Shown here in pieces: positions 29,780 to 41,200 of a stretch of DNA of 64,000 bases (the stretch's first letter is position 1; each line of letters opens with the position of its first letter). The translations under genes were made by a program, and so were the position numbers. The notes beneath the pieces are model-generated. The model did no database searches, had not been told where the DNA came from, and saw only the letters and a list, made by a program, of their open reading frames with translations. This DNA is from an uncultured Mailhella sp. (GTDB taxonomy: Bacteria; Desulfobacterota; Desulfovibrionia; Desulfovibrionales; Desulfovibrionaceae), in NCBI GenBank assembly GCA_964369835.1, contig CAYJGE010000001.1:290-64289 (forward strand). The letters are read 5' to 3'.

Positions 29780-31615
29780 ATGGAAAATAAAAAAGAAATT
29801 GACGAGTTTAATACAAGCTCTGACCCAAAATTGAATGAACAAGAAAATATAGATGCAAATTTTATCGAAATCATGAAAAAAAATTCTGAAGATGATATAA
29901 TTTTCATTGATGAAAATATGGCTTCTGAGTTTGAACAATCCAAGCAAAATGAGCAAGTTGAACAAATTGAACAGGTTGAACAAATTGAGCAAGTTGAGCA
30001 AGTTGAGCAAATTGAGCAAGTTGAACATGTTGAAGAAGTTGAACAAGAAGAAGTTGAGCAAGTTGAGCTGACTGAAAAAGAAGAACTAACGGAAATAGCT
30101 GAAAAAGAAGAGCAAGCAGAACAGGCAGAACAGGCAGAACAGGCAGAACAGGTTGAAATTGAAAAAGACCAAGATGATAAAGTTGTTGAAAATATAGAAA
30201 ATGAACAACCTTTGGAAAACGTTGAAGAAAGTTCAAATGAAAACACAAATATAAATAGTGATCAAGCAATTGAAGAAAACAAAGAGATAAGTTCGGAAGC
30301 CATTGAAATTGAGAATAAAAATGAAGAATTTATTGAAAAATATTCGGAAAATCCTTTGGAAGAAAATAGTTCTGAACAAATAATTGAAGAAGTAAAAGAA
30401 ATTGAAGAAAATGAAAATACTGCTAATATTAATTTAGAAAAACCTGAAAAACAAATCGCTCATTATGTGGAAAATGAAGTAAAAGAAGATGAAGAAGAAA
30501 ATTCCACATTTACTCAAAAATATGAATTAAACAATAACTTGGCCATAGTATTTAGATTAAGTGCCCTTGGTGATGTTGTTTTGTTAAGCGGTGTTTTTAG
30601 GTTTTGGCATGAACATTTTGGAATAAAATTTATTTTAATCAGTAAAGCAATTTTCTTGCCTTTATTTAGATATCACCCCGCTATTTTTGAAGTTTACCCC
30701 GTTGAAGAAAGGGATTTGGATAGTTTTAACTATAAAAATAAATGTAAAGAATTGGCAAAAAGATATGAAGACTATCCCTTGCTTGATTTACACGGTAATT
30801 TAAGATCCAAAACCATTTCAAGAGCATGGAGAAATTCTGTTTTTCATTATGAAAAACGTGGTTTTATACGTCGCTTGTTTGCATGGACAAAGGGTCGTTT
30901 CGGTTCAAAAAAATTACTTGAAAAAAATGTATGTCAACGCTATGCAAGCTTACTTTGCCTTGAAAATATTCCAAAAAAACTTTTAAAGCCTCAAATATTT
31001 TTAATTCCCACTGAACTTGAAAATGCAAAAAAAAGATTAAAATTATTATTTTGGAAAGAAATGACTCCGGAATACTGGGCAGATTTACCGCCCCATGCCC
31101 TTGAAATGTGGAAACAAAAACAAGAAACGGACAGCTCTGATTTGCCCAAGAAAATAATAGCCTTGCACCCCTTTGCCACCTACAAATCCAAAACATTGAC
31201 CTTGGAACAATGGTTTGAACTTGCAGAAAAAGTAAAAGAAAAGCTAGGAGTTACCCATCAAATCCTCTGGGTTGGCAAAGATACAAGTCTTGATGTGCCG
31301 GTGGGAAAAAGTTTAATCAATTTAACTTCACTTCGTGAGCTTAGTGCAATTTTGAGTAATTGTGATATTGTAATTACAGCCGATTCAGGCCCCATGCACA
31401 TAGCCAATGCCGTGGACTGTAAAATTGTTGCTCTTTTTGGTCCAACCTGCGAAGAATGGGGATTTTTCCCCGTTGGAGATAGGGTTAGAATAGTACAAAC
31501 CGAGAAAAAATGCTATTCTCTTCATGGTGATGTTGCAGACAATGTGCCAAGTTGCTTTGAGGGTTTTGACCTTGATAAAATAGTAGATAAAGCGGTTGAA
31601 CTTGCCTATAGTTAA
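29780..31615 (+). CDS. Glycosyltransferase family 9 (heptosyltransferase-like) with a ~255-aa acidic repeat-rich N-terminal extension
   Basis: The GT9 core spans LAIVFRLSALGDVVL... to ...ITADSGPMHIANAVDCKIVALFGPT. The start is set at ATG 29780 (GAGG upstream). No in-frame Met lies near the start of the GT9 core. Confidence 0.7.
   Translation: MENKKEIDEFNTSSDPKLNEQENIDANFIEIMKKNSEDDIIFIDENMASEFEQSKQNEQVEQIEQVEQIEQVEQVEQIEQVEHVEEVEQEEVEQVELTEKEELTEIAEKEEQAEQAEQAEQAEQVEIEKDQDDKVVENIENEQPLENVEESSNENTNINSDQAIEENKEISSEAIEIENKNEEFIEKYSENPLEENSSEQIIEEVKEIEENENTANINLEKPEKQIAHYVENEVKEDEEENSTFTQKYELNNNLAIVFRLSALGDVVLLSGVFRFWHEHFGIKFILISKAIFLPLFRYHPAIFEVYPVEERDLDSFNYKNKCKELAKRYEDYPLLDLHGNLRSKTISRAWRNSVFHYEKRGFIRRLFAWTKGRFGSKKLLEKNVCQRYASLLCLENIPKKLLKPQIFLIPTELENAKKRLKLLFWKEMTPEYWADLPPHALEMWKQKQETDSSDLPKKIIALHPFATYKSKTLTLEQWFELAEKVKEKLGVTHQILWVGKDTSLDVPVGKSLINLTSLRELSAILSNCDIVITADSGPMHIANAVDCKIVALFGPTCEEWGFFPVGDRVRIVQTEKKCYSLHGDVADNVPSCFEGFDLDKIVDKAVELAYS
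29951..30158 (+). repeat. In-frame 9-bp tandem repeats encoding (EQV/EQI)n and (AEQ)4
   Basis: gagcaagtt/gaacaaatt-type units span 29951-30070. gcagaacag occurs four times at 30115-30150. Confidence 0.9.
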
Positions 31616-31810
31616 TACAGTCAAACATGGGACGTGGCAATCTCCTCGCCAAAATAGTAAATTAAGTTGACATCACTAATGTCAACTTTCAAAAGGCACA
31701 CTTGCTTCGGCACACGTGTAATAAAATTACACTTATGCCTACGCAGTGGTCTCCTGCTATCGCAGTAGACGATAGTAATTTCATCTGAAATTACTATATT
31801 TCCAATTTAA

Positions 31811-31858
31811 AACTTGCAAAATATGTGACTTGAAGTCATTATTTTGCAAGTTTTTTGA
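31811..31858 (+). terminator. Intrinsic terminator downstream of the GT9 gene
   Basis: aacttgcaaaat..tgactt-g-aagtca..attttgcaagtt followed by tttttt. Confidence 0.7.
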
Positions 31859-32110
31859 TGATTTTTTACAAATTATTCCTTTTTTACAGTAAGTTACCAT
31901 AATTTTACCCATAATCACTTAAAGCTTGCCAAATTTTATTTTTTTTTGTAAATTATTCAATCTCTTTTGAACCTTGCATAATAAAATATTCAAGGAATGA
32001 ATTTAAAAGTCAATTTTTTTGACAAACCAAACACTGATAATTATATGTTTTTTATCAGTTATTTTATAAGGATTTATCCTTAAAAGTTATTACACCTTCG
32101 GGGGATTTTT

Positions 32111-34189
32111 ATGACAGCGTTTTCCTTATTGTTGGTTTTTGCTTGTGCTGCATTTGCTTTGTTCTATGCATTTAAAGCTTCAAAAACCATATTGGCAGCG
32201 GGAACAGGCAATGAAGACATGCAACGCATTGCCGGGGCAATTCAAGAGGGGGCAAAAGCCTACTTGAATCGCCAATACAGAACCATTGCCTATGTTGGCA
32301 TTGCCATCACCATTGTTTTGTATTTTTCAATTTCTTTTTTAGTGGCTTTAGGTTTTGTTATCGGAGCAGTTCTTTCAGGTGCGGCAGGCTATATTGGCAT
32401 GAACGTTTCTGTGCGTGCCAATGTGCGTACAACAGAAGCTGCTCGTCAAGGCATGGTTCCTGCACTAAATATTGCATTCCAATCAGGTGCAATCACAGGA
32501 CTTTTAGTTGTTGGACTTGGACTTTTGGGCGTAACATTTTATTATGCTTTATTAGAAATTTTCCAAATTGAAACCGAAGAATTAATGCAAGCATTGATTG
32601 CGCTTTCTTTCGGTGCTTCATTGATTTCAATTTTTGCCCGTCTTGGCGGTGGTATTTTCACCAAGGGTGCTGACGTTGGAGCTGACCTTGTGGGTAAGGT
32701 TGAAGCCGGTATTCCTGAGGACGATCCACGTAACCCTGCCGTTATTGCCGATAACGTGGGTGATAACGTGGGTGACTGCGCTGGTATGGCTGCCGACCTT
32801 TTTGAAACCTATGCTGTTACAATTGTTGCAACCATGTTACTTGCTTCCATTTACTTCCAAGGTGAATTACAAAAATTAATGATCATGTACCCACTTTTAA
32901 TTAGTGCTGTATGTATCATAGGTTCCATTGCAGGCACTTATTTTGTAAAACTTTCCCATGACAAGAAAATCATGAAAGCTCTTTACAAAGGACTTGCAGC
33001 AACCGCAATTTTTTCTGCCATTCTAATCACTTTTGTAACCATGGCTTATTTTTGGGACATGAAAGATATGGTGGTTAATGGCAAGGCATTTACAGCCGGA
33101 AATCTTTTACTTTGCTCATTCACAGGTCTTGGCGTAACAGGCTTATTGGTTTGGATTACCGAATATTATACAGCTACAAATTTCCGCCCTGTCAGAAGCA
33201 TTGCCAAATCTTCCACCACAGGACACGGAACAAACGTTATTCAAGGACTTGCCATTTCTTTAGAATCTTGCGCTCTTCCTGTTATAGTTATTTGTGCAGG
33301 TATCTTATTTTCTTACCACAATGCAGGACTTTTTGGAATTTCCATTGCCGCAACCACCATGCTTGCCCTTGCAGGTATGATTGTTGCTCTTGATGCTTAT
33401 GGACCTGTTACCGATAATGCCGGCGGTATTGCTGAAATGGCAGGACTTCCTGATGATGTAAGAGTTGTAACAGACGCCCTTGATGCTGTCGGCAATACAA
33501 CCAAGGCTGTAACCAAAGGTTATGCAATCGGTTCTGCAGCCCTTGCGGCACTTGTGCTTTTTGCTTCTTATACCGAAGATTTACACCGTCTTTTCCCTGA
33601 ACTTGATGTGGTATTTATTTTACAAGATCCCTATGTTTTGGTTGGTCTTTTCATTGGTGGATTGTTACCATATCTTTTTGGTGCCCTTGGCATGATGAGT
33701 GTTGGACGTGCCGGTTCTGCCGTTGTTGTTGAAGTACGTCGTCAATTCAAAGAAATTCCCGGCATCATGGAAGGAACAGCCAAACCTAATTATGGTGCTG
33801 CCGTTGACATGCTTACTAAAGCAGCAATCAAAGAAATGATTATTCCTTCATTATTACCTGTACTTGCTCCTGTTGTTGTCTATTATGTGATTTCAGAAAT
33901 TGGCGGACAAGAAGCAGCTTTTGCTTGCCTTGGTGCCATGCTTTTGGGAACCATTGTAACAGGATTATTTGTTGCCATTTCCATGACCAGCGGTGGCGGT
34001 GCATGGGATAATGCCAAAAAATATATTGAAGACGGAAATTTTGGCGGAAAAGGTTCAGAAGCTCATAAGGCAGCCGTTACAGGTGATACTGTTGGTGACC
34101 CTTATAAAGATACAGCAGGACCTGCTGTTAACCCAATGATTAAAATCATTAACATTGTGGCAATCTTGCTTTTACAAGCTTTAGCTTAA
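32111..34189 (+). CDS. hppA: Membrane-bound proton/sodium-translocating pyrophosphatase
   Basis: 692 aa, polytopic. Signature [21 protein letters not shown] and [15 protein letters not shown]. Confidence 0.95.
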   Translation: MTAFSLLLVFACAAFALFYAFKASKTILAAGTGNEDMQRIAGAIQEGAKAYLNRQYRTIAYVGIAITIVLYFSISFLVALGFVIGAVLSGAAGYIGMNVSVRANVRTTEAARQGMVPALNIAFQSGAITGLLVVGLGLLGVTFYYALLEIFQIETEELMQALIALSFGASLISIFARLGGGIFTKGADVGADLVGKVEAGIPEDDPRNPAVIADNVGDNVGDCAGMAADLFETYAVTIVATMLLASIYFQGELQKLMIMYPLLISAVCIIGSIAGTYFVKLSHDKKIMKALYKGLAATAIFSAILITFVTMAYFWDMKDMVVNGKAFTAGNLLLCSFTGLGVTGLLVWITEYYTATNFRPVRSIAKSSTTGHGTNVIQGLAISLESCALPVIVICAGILFSYHNAGLFGISIAATTMLALAGMIVALDAYGPVTDNAGGIAEMAGLPDDVRVVTDALDAVGNTTKAVTKGYAIGSAALAALVLFASYTEDLHRLFPELDVVFILQDPYVLVGLFIGGLLPYLFGALGMMSVGRAGSAVVVEVRRQFKEIPGIMEGTAKPNYGAAVDMLTKAAIKEMIIPSLLPVLAPVVVYYVISEIGGQEAAFACLGAMLLGTIVTGLFVAISMTSGGGAWDNAKKYIEDGNFGGKGSEAHKAAVTGDTVGDPYKDTAGPAVNPMIKIINIVAILLLQALA

Positions 34190-34234
34190 AGATATGCTCC
34201 ACGCTGAAAAATAAAACTATTTTCAGCGTGGACA

Positions 34235-34405
34235 CACGTCAATCCTTTTTTGTGTTTTTTGAGGGGGAAAACCACGTTTTTTTGAAAAAAACGAGTTTTT
34301 CCCCCTCAAACGTAAGCAATCGCTTCCCCCTTTCCTTAAAAACAAATTTTTCTAACATATTGTTTTATATATATTTTAGAAAAATAGATTTTAAAATAAT
34401 TATTT
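34235..34405 (+). mobile_element. MITE, copy c (right end truncated where it abuts the peptide/antisense module)
   Basis: Left TIR cacgtcaatcc and hairpin gagggggaaaaccacgtttttttgaaaaaaacgagtttttccccctc. Colinear with copy d up to about 34405. No right TIR is present. Confidence 0.6.
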
Positions 34406-34416
34406 TTGATTTTAAC

Positions 34417-34444
34417 TTGACTTTTATAAAGAAAGTCTTAAAAT
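34417..34444 (+). promoter_or_regulatory. Sigma70-type promoter of the putative antisense RNA (locus A)
   Basis: TTGACT-N16-TAAAAT. It is identically placed and conserved in both locus B copies (56591-56618 and 56960-56987, minus strand). Confidence 0.55.
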
Positions 34445-34450
34445 TTTAAA

Positions 34451-34615
34451 TAAGAAAAGGGCAATAAGTGCGCTAACACTTATCACCCCACGGGTAAGCT
34501 CTCTGATGTTTATAGAGTGAAGAAAACATCAAAGAAATTTTAATCGCCGCCATGAATTTGTGCGTTCATGGCGGCAAACTTCTTTAATTGTCCCCGGTCG
34601 GTTTCAGTTTTTTAT
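34451..34615 (+). ncRNA. Putative cis-antisense sRNA A, complementary to the 3' UTR and last codons of the peptide gene
   Basis: The predicted transcript contains three hairpins. The last is the perfect stem gccgccatgaa/ttcatggcggc, followed by a T-rich tract ending at tttcagttttttattt. The ends are predictions only. Confidence 0.4.
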
Positions 34616-34696
34616 TTCAAAATGCCTGCTCAAAATGGCTACAAGGATTAATCCTGCAACAACATTTGCTAAAACAGCAAGAACGAAGTCATTCAT
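34604..34696 (-). CDS. 30-aa hydrophobic peptide (type I toxin-like), locus A
   Basis: MNDFVLAVLANVVAGLILVAILSRHFEIKN. GAGGA lies 7 nt upstream. The first 16 residues are near-identical to the locus B peptide. The longer 62-aa ORF in the track is rejected by homology, because locus B has an in-frame TAA directly upstream of its ATG. Confidence 0.6.
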   Translation of the reverse strand: MNDFVLAVLANVVAGLILVAILSRHFEIKN

Positions 34697-34820
34697 AGAT
34701 TGATCCTCATTTAAAAAATTGATTCTCATCAAAAGGAACACCCATGCTCTTTTAGAATAGACATTGATTCTTTTCTCAAGTAGAAATTGCATGAAAAATG
34801 ACTAATCCTGAATTAATATT

Positions 34821-36740
34821 ATGGAAAAACCAAAAAATATCCCAACTGTTCCCGGAGTCTATATTTATAAGGACAAGGGAGGCAGAATTATATATATAGG
34901 CAAAGCAAGACAACTTAATAAAAGGGTCTTGTCTTATTTTCGCCCGCCCGAACAATTGACTGTAAAAACAAGAGCCATGATGAGTCATGCCTGTTCCATT
35001 GATTTTTTAACCACGGGAACAGAAAAAGAAGCCCTTTTATTGGAAGCCGGTTTAATAAAAAAACACAGACCTCACTATAACATTGTTCTAAGAGATGATA
35101 AACAATATATTTTATTTAGGATTGACAATAAAAACCCTTTCCCCAGACTTGAAATTGTCAGAAAAGTAAAAAAAGATAGAGCCAAGTATTTTGGCCCCTT
35201 TACTTCAAGTCAGGCAGCCAGAGAAACATGGAAAACCATTCATGGCATGTTTGCCCTAAGACGTTGTAATGACAGAGCAATGAAAAACAGAATACGTCCT
35301 TGTCTTTATCATCATATTGGTCTTTGCCTTGCCCCTTGTTCGGGAAATGTCAGCCCTGAATCTTATTTTGAATTAATTAAACAAGTTCAATTATTTCTTG
35401 GGGGTAGATCTAAAGAATTATTGGATAAAATTCAAAAAAACATGGAAATTGCCTCTGAAAATCTAAACTTTGAAAGGGCGGCAGTTTTGCGTGACCAATG
35501 TATTGCCATAAAAAAAACGCTGGAAAAACAAAGCGTTGTTCTTTCTTCCCCCATTGATATGGACGTTATCGGCATTGCCTTTAGGGGTGATGGACTGGGA
35601 CTTGCTATTTTATTTATTCGGGGCGGTGCGCTTATTGATAAAGCCAGCTTTTTTTGGGCAAATTTAGCCATAGAAGATGCCAAGGAATTATTATTTAGTT
35701 TTTTAACTCAGTTTTACAGACCTGAAAAAGATATACCAAGTCGAATTTTAATTCCTTACGATTTAACCGCTCTTAATAATGATGATTTTACAGAACATGA
35801 TAGTTTTGTTGAAAAAAATCCTGATGAAAATTTTTTTGAAAATCAAAATGCCTTGGATAGTATTGCCAATATGCTATCAGAATGGAGAACAAACCCTGTT
35901 AAAATCAATCAACCTAAAAATAATGAAGAATTTAAGCTAATTGGTATGGCAAAGCAAAATGCCAAGGAAGCCCAACACAAAAGGGCTGATTTTGGCATGG
36001 ACATGAGACTTTCTACTTTATTTCAAGAAAATAATCCCATTCGCAAAATTGAATGTATTGATGTTTCCCATACTTCGGGAGTGGCCACAAAAATCGGTAT
36101 GGTTGTTTATCAAGACGGAAAACCCCATAAATCTGAATATAGGGTTTGGAATGTGGAAGATTGCCAAGGTGATGACCATAAGGCTCTTATTAATTTTGCA
36201 AATTTCAGAATAAAACATGATAGCCCCTATCCTGACTTAATGTTGATAGATGGGGGAAGAGGGCAAGTAAATACAGTTTATAAGGTATTTGCAGAGCATT
36301 TTAAAAATAATGAATTTAATAATCCAAATTTAAAAGAAAATCCCTTGCCCTTTGTTTTGGCAGGAATAGCCAAGGCAAGAGATGAACAAGGACATGCCGA
36401 CCGCAGAGCAGGAAATTTGGCAGATCGAATTTTTATACCCAATCGAACAAATCCCCTACCCTTTAGAGAGGGAAGCGGAGAACTTTTATTTTTACAATCA
36501 ATCAGAGATACTTGCCATGATTTTGCCATTAATAAACATCGAAAAGCAAGAGCCAAGCAAACCTTGGAGGCAGAACTTTTAAATCTTCCCAATCTTGGGC
36601 CACATACAGCCAAACTATTGTGGGAACATTTTAAAGATTTACAAAGTATGAAAAATGCCAAGCCAGAGGATTTGGAAAAATTACCGAGGGTTGGCAGAAA
36701 AAAAGCCAAAATGATTCATGAGTCTTTAAAACAATTATAA
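34821..36740 (+). CDS. uvrC: Excinuclease ABC subunit C
   Basis: N-terminal GIY-YIG (PGVYIYKDKGGRIIYIGKA), UVR domain, and C-terminal endonuclease plus HhH. Confidence 0.95.
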   Translation: MEKPKNIPTVPGVYIYKDKGGRIIYIGKARQLNKRVLSYFRPPEQLTVKTRAMMSHACSIDFLTTGTEKEALLLEAGLIKKHRPHYNIVLRDDKQYILFRIDNKNPFPRLEIVRKVKKDRAKYFGPFTSSQAARETWKTIHGMFALRRCNDRAMKNRIRPCLYHHIGLCLAPCSGNVSPESYFELIKQVQLFLGGRSKELLDKIQKNMEIASENLNFERAAVLRDQCIAIKKTLEKQSVVLSSPIDMDVIGIAFRGDGLGLAILFIRGGALIDKASFFWANLAIEDAKELLFSFLTQFYRPEKDIPSRILIPYDLTALNNDDFTEHDSFVEKNPDENFFENQNALDSIANMLSEWRTNPVKINQPKNNEEFKLIGMAKQNAKEAQHKRADFGMDMRLSTLFQENNPIRKIECIDVSHTSGVATKIGMVVYQDGKPHKSEYRVWNVEDCQGDDHKALINFANFRIKHDSPYPDLMLIDGGRGQVNTVYKVFAEHFKNNEFNNPNLKENPLPFVLAGIAKARDEQGHADRRAGNLADRIFIPNRTNPLPFREGSGELLFLQSIRDTCHDFAINKHRKARAKQTLEAELLNLPNLGPHTAKLLWEHFKDLQSMKNAKPEDLEKLPRVGRKKAKMIHESLKQL

Positions 36741-36859
36741 AATCATTGGATAAATATTATTTTATATAAAAAAAATTAAAATTCTCTTGACCTTACTCTA
36801 GGGTGATGGTTTATAATTATTATAATATTTTTATAAAAATTTAAACAAGATAGGTTCTT

Positions 36860-37960
36860 ATGCAATTTTACTCCAAAACAAAAATTTGTTGTAGTTCAAA
36901 GGCTCTTGAGGAACTGGAAGTTTTACAATCAAAAAAATCTTTCATCGTAACAGATGAATTTATGTATAAATTTGGATTTGTGGATCAAGTTGTCAGTCAT
37001 CTTGAAAGGGCAAACATTGACAGCTATGTTTTTGATAAGGTTGAACCTGACCCTACGGTGCAGGCCATAATTGAAGCCAGCAAGATTTTTTTAGAAATTG
37101 GGGCTGACTCAATTATTGCCTTGGGTGGTGGTTCTGCCATTGATGCAGCCAAGGCCATAACTTATTTTACCCATAAAATTAAAAATATAAAACCCCTCTT
37201 GGTTGCCATTCCGACCACAAGCGGAACAGGATCAGAAGTTACTTCAATTACTGTTATTACCGATAGCGTGGAACAAGTAAAAATTCCAATTAATGATGAA
37301 ATACTAATTCCTGATGTGGCAATTTTGGATTCAAGGTTTACTCGTACCGTTCCCCCTAAAATTACAGCCTACACGGGGCTTGACGTTCTTACCCATGCCA
37401 TTGAAGCCTACACTTCCATAAATAATAATAGTTTTGCCAATATTTATGCAGAAAGAGCTGTTTATTTAGTCTTTAAATACTTGCATAGAGCCTATTGTGA
37501 AATGGACGATATGGTGGCCAGAGAAAAAATGCTGATTGGGGCTTGTATGGCAGGCATGGCATTTAATAATAGCGGTCTTGGAATTACCCATTCCATGGCC
37601 CATAGCCTAGGCGGACTTTTTCATATTCCCCATGGATTGGCAAATGCCCTCTTACTCCCCTATGTGATGGAATTTAATAGTTTTGATGCAGGAGTCAGAT
37701 ACAGAGCCCTAGCTTCAACCATTGCTATTGAAGCTGAAACTGTGGTTGAAGGGGCCAATAATTTTATACAAGCCGTTAAAGATTTGAGTGAAAAACTTTC
37801 CATACCGACAAAAATAAGCCAATTAAAAATTGATGAACAGAATTTCATGAACAATTTAGATATGATGTCTGAGCATGTCCTGCATGATATTTGCACTGCC
37901 ACAAATCCACGCAAACCATCTAAAGATGATATAAAATCCTTGTTTTTAAAAGCATGGTAG
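36860..37960 (+). CDS. Iron-containing (group III) alcohol dehydrogenase
   Basis: GGGSAIDAAKA nucleotide-binding motif and the His-rich metal site (HAIEAY..., HSMAHSLGGLFHIPHG). Confidence 0.85.
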   Translation: MQFYSKTKICCSSKALEELEVLQSKKSFIVTDEFMYKFGFVDQVVSHLERANIDSYVFDKVEPDPTVQAIIEASKIFLEIGADSIIALGGGSAIDAAKAITYFTHKIKNIKPLLVAIPTTSGTGSEVTSITVITDSVEQVKIPINDEILIPDVAILDSRFTRTVPPKITAYTGLDVLTHAIEAYTSINNNSFANIYAERAVYLVFKYLHRAYCEMDDMVAREKMLIGACMAGMAFNNSGLGITHSMAHSLGGLFHIPHGLANALLLPYVMEFNSFDAGVRYRALASTIAIEAETVVEGANNFIQAVKDLSEKLSIPTKISQLKIDEQNFMNNLDMMSEHVLHDICTATNPRKPSKDDIKSLFLKAW

Positions 37961-38028
37961 AAAATTATTTCTTTTTACTTTCAATCCGAACTCTTCATAC
38001 ATCTTGAAAAAAAATAAAGCAATTGCGA

Positions 38029-38165
38029 GGAGAGTTGGGACAACTCGACGTGGCAATCTCCTCGTTAAGACTGTCCCCGTTAAAGACTGTTTTAAGTCCC
38101 CGATTTGGCGAGGAGATTGCCATGTCTACAAGATATGGGCTCCGTTCGTTCGCAATGACTGCCTT
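38029..38165 (+). repeat. D-family long-hairpin repeat, copy 2
   Basis: Arms gtggcaatctcctcg (38050-38064) and cgaggagattgccat (38109-38123). Termini are attgcgagg... and ...tcgcaatgactgcc. Confidence 0.8.
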
Positions 38166-38291
38166 TTAATTTTTTATGTCATTAACCAACAATTTTAATG
38201 ATTGCCTATTTGTTCTTATTTCGTTAGTCGATAACCAAAACCCGTCAATATATCAAAAAAATACAAAACATCATAAAATATGTTTATTGTC

Positions 38292-41200
38292 TTATGATTT
38301 ATTCAATAAATTAAGTTTGTTCAAACAAGTATAAATATTTTCAACCGTTATTGGTTTTGCAATATGATAATTCATGCCGGCTAATTTACTTTTTCTTACA
38401 TCTTCGGCATAGGCATTTGCAGTCATGGCGATAATCGGAATAGAGCTTGCTTCTTCATGTTTTGATTGACGAATAGTAACAGTGGCATCAAGTCCGTTTA
38501 ATACAGGCATTTGCAAATCCATAAATATGAAGTCAAAGGTTTTTGGAGGATTATTGACAAAAACATCAACACCTTCTTGACCATTGACGGCAACAGTTAT
38601 TTTTGCACCCATTTTTTCCAAAATTTTAGTTGCAACCAATACATTAATGGGGTGATCTTCAACCAAGAGAATATGTGTATTATTTAAATTAATATCCTGC
38701 ATATTCAATTGTTTAGCTTTTTCTTTATTCTTTTTATTCTTCGCAGTATCAATGAACATGGGCAGTTCAATAATAAATTTAGAGCCTTTGCCAAGTTCAC
38801 TTTCGACCTTAATATCACCGTTTTGATATTCAACCAAGGCCTTTACAATGGCAAGCCCAAGCCCTGTTCCTTCAATATTTTTAACGGATTTTTCTTCTCT
38901 ATGGAAGGCATCAAATATAAATTCTAAGTTTTCCTCGGCAATTCCTATTCCTGTATCTTCAATGCTTATGCAATATCTGGCCACATTTTCTGTGTCCATG
39001 CCAATTTCTTCAAGAATTAAACTAATTGTTCCTTCTTCAGGTGTAAATTTGACAGCATTTCCAAGTAAGTTTGTTAAAACACGATTAAAACGAGTCACAT
39101 CGCTGATAACATTTTCATGTACCAAGTTATTGTTTATAAAATTAATGGTTTGCCTTTTTTGAATGGTAATACCTTTGAAAAAATTGTAAACTTGTAAACA
39201 TTCATCATAAATAGAAAAAGAATCGCGATTAAACACAACTTTTTTACTCTCAAGTCTACTCATTTCCAAAATATCATTCAATAGGGATAATAAATGTTCT
39301 GAACTTGACTTGATAACATTTAAACTTTCTTTAATTTGCTCTTTATTATCAATATCTTCAATGGCTAAATTGGTCATACCGATAATTGCATTCATGGGTG
39401 TTCTGATGTCATGACTCATGGAAGCTAAAAATGTGCTTTTGGCTTCGCTGGCTTGTTTGGCAATATCCAAGGCTTGTTTTAAATTTTCAACTCTTTTTTG
39501 TTCTTCGAGAAAAATATCTGTAACATCAACACAACCAAAACAAACACTTTTGGAAATGTCATCAAATAAAAATACTCTGATTTGTTTATATTTAAGCACT
39601 CCTCCCCAAAAAACTTTAAAATAAACATCATAATGCCCTTCAAGCTGACAACGCTTCAGGATAGTATCTAAATTTCTTTCATTTAAAATCCTTTCCAAGT
39701 CTTCTTCCACAACAGTATTTTCAAGCATAACTTTAGAGTCACAACTATAAGAACCTGTAAATTTAGGCATGGCTTTAAATGCAGCATTAATATGCTCGGC
39801 AGTAAATAATTTATAGGTATCGGCTTCATAATTGATATAAAAGATAAAATCAAACTGATTTTCTACAAATTCACTGGTAAAAAATTGTGAAATCTTTGTT
39901 TGAGTAATATCATTAAGGCTTAAAAAACACATAATATCTTCAGAGGAAGGTTGTTTTAGCATTTTTATATCAAAACAAATCCAAAGACTTTCATTTGATT
40001 TTGATAAAATTTTTGTTTCAAAGCTATAATTATAAACACCATTTTTGAAAAGTTCCAATAGTTTTGCAACTGATATATTATTTTTAAATTCTTCCTTGTA
40101 ATTAATATCTTTAATACGATCTTCTATTTCAAAAAAGAATTCCTCGGCAGTATGAATTATATCCTGTTCAAAATCTTCTTTAAATTTAAGATAAAACATA
40201 TCGTTTTGAGTTAGATTTGCAATCCCCGACACTACAAAATCAGACATTCCCCTATTCCAAAGCTGAACAGACTCCTCATAACTGTTCTCGGCATTTTTTT
40301 GTTCTGTAATATCATAGGAAGAGGCAAAGGCAAAATTGGGTTTACCTGTTTTATCCTTTGTCACATTATAGTGAACCTTTATCCATTCATATTTGTCCGT
40401 GAAAGTATTTTTAACCCTCAATTCTTCTGTAACAATATCATCACCATTATGAACTTTTTCATACATTTTTCTATATTTATCGACATCTTTTGGATGAATT
40501 ATATTTCTTTCAATGATGGATTCAGGTACATTTTCAATTATATTATCAGTAAGTCCGACTGTCCTGCTATTATTATCTTGGATAATGGTTTTGGTTTTTA
40601 TATTATATGTCCAAATGTCAATTCCCGTTTGCGCAATGGTTAAATTGAGTTTCTTTTCAACTTCTTTATAACTATCAATATTTTCACTGGTTCCGACATA
40701 ACAAGGTATGGAAGGATCTTCATTTAAAACTTTAACATAGCGAAGTCTGCGCCATGATTCTTTACCATCATTATTTCCAAAGGAACTAAGTATTTCCGCC
40801 TCTGCATACTCTGCCCCGCTTTTTATTTTAGCATGAACCGAAAAATATGCTTCAACTGTGCTTTCATTAATATAGCCCATGTCAACAACACATTCAGGAA
40901 AATTATGATAAACTGTTTCATGAAAATTTTTTATATTGTTGGCAAACAAAACAGCTTTATTTTCCAAAGGATAATAATCCCAGCACAAAAGCCCGGCATT
41001 TAATATGGCTATTCCCATTTTTTCCTTGGTAACTTTCAGCATATTATGTATTTCATATCTTAGTGAAACATCAGTGCAAGTTGCGTAAAGATATGAAGTT
41101 CCGTTCTCATCTGTAATTAATCTTGAATGCATATCCAGCCACAAAACATCTGAACTTTTTGTAGTCACCTTAAATTGCAGTGATAACTTATTTTCAGTAT

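Noticed and set aside
29710-30269. Three antisense or alternative-frame ORFs (29710..30246, 29765..30061, 29904..30269) across the acidic repeat region.
   Set aside because: They are low-complexity artefacts of the 9-bp repeats. The plus-strand frame continues into a bona fide GT9 domain.
36787-36817. TTGACC-N19-TATAAT promoter upstream of the alcohol dehydrogenase gene, reminiscent of MerR-type 19-bp-spacer promoters such as CueR/ZntR targets.
   Set aside because: The spacer shows only about 5 of 10 dyad-symmetric positions, and no MerR-family gene is nearby. It is probably an ordinary promoter using an alternative -10 (tttata at 17 bp).
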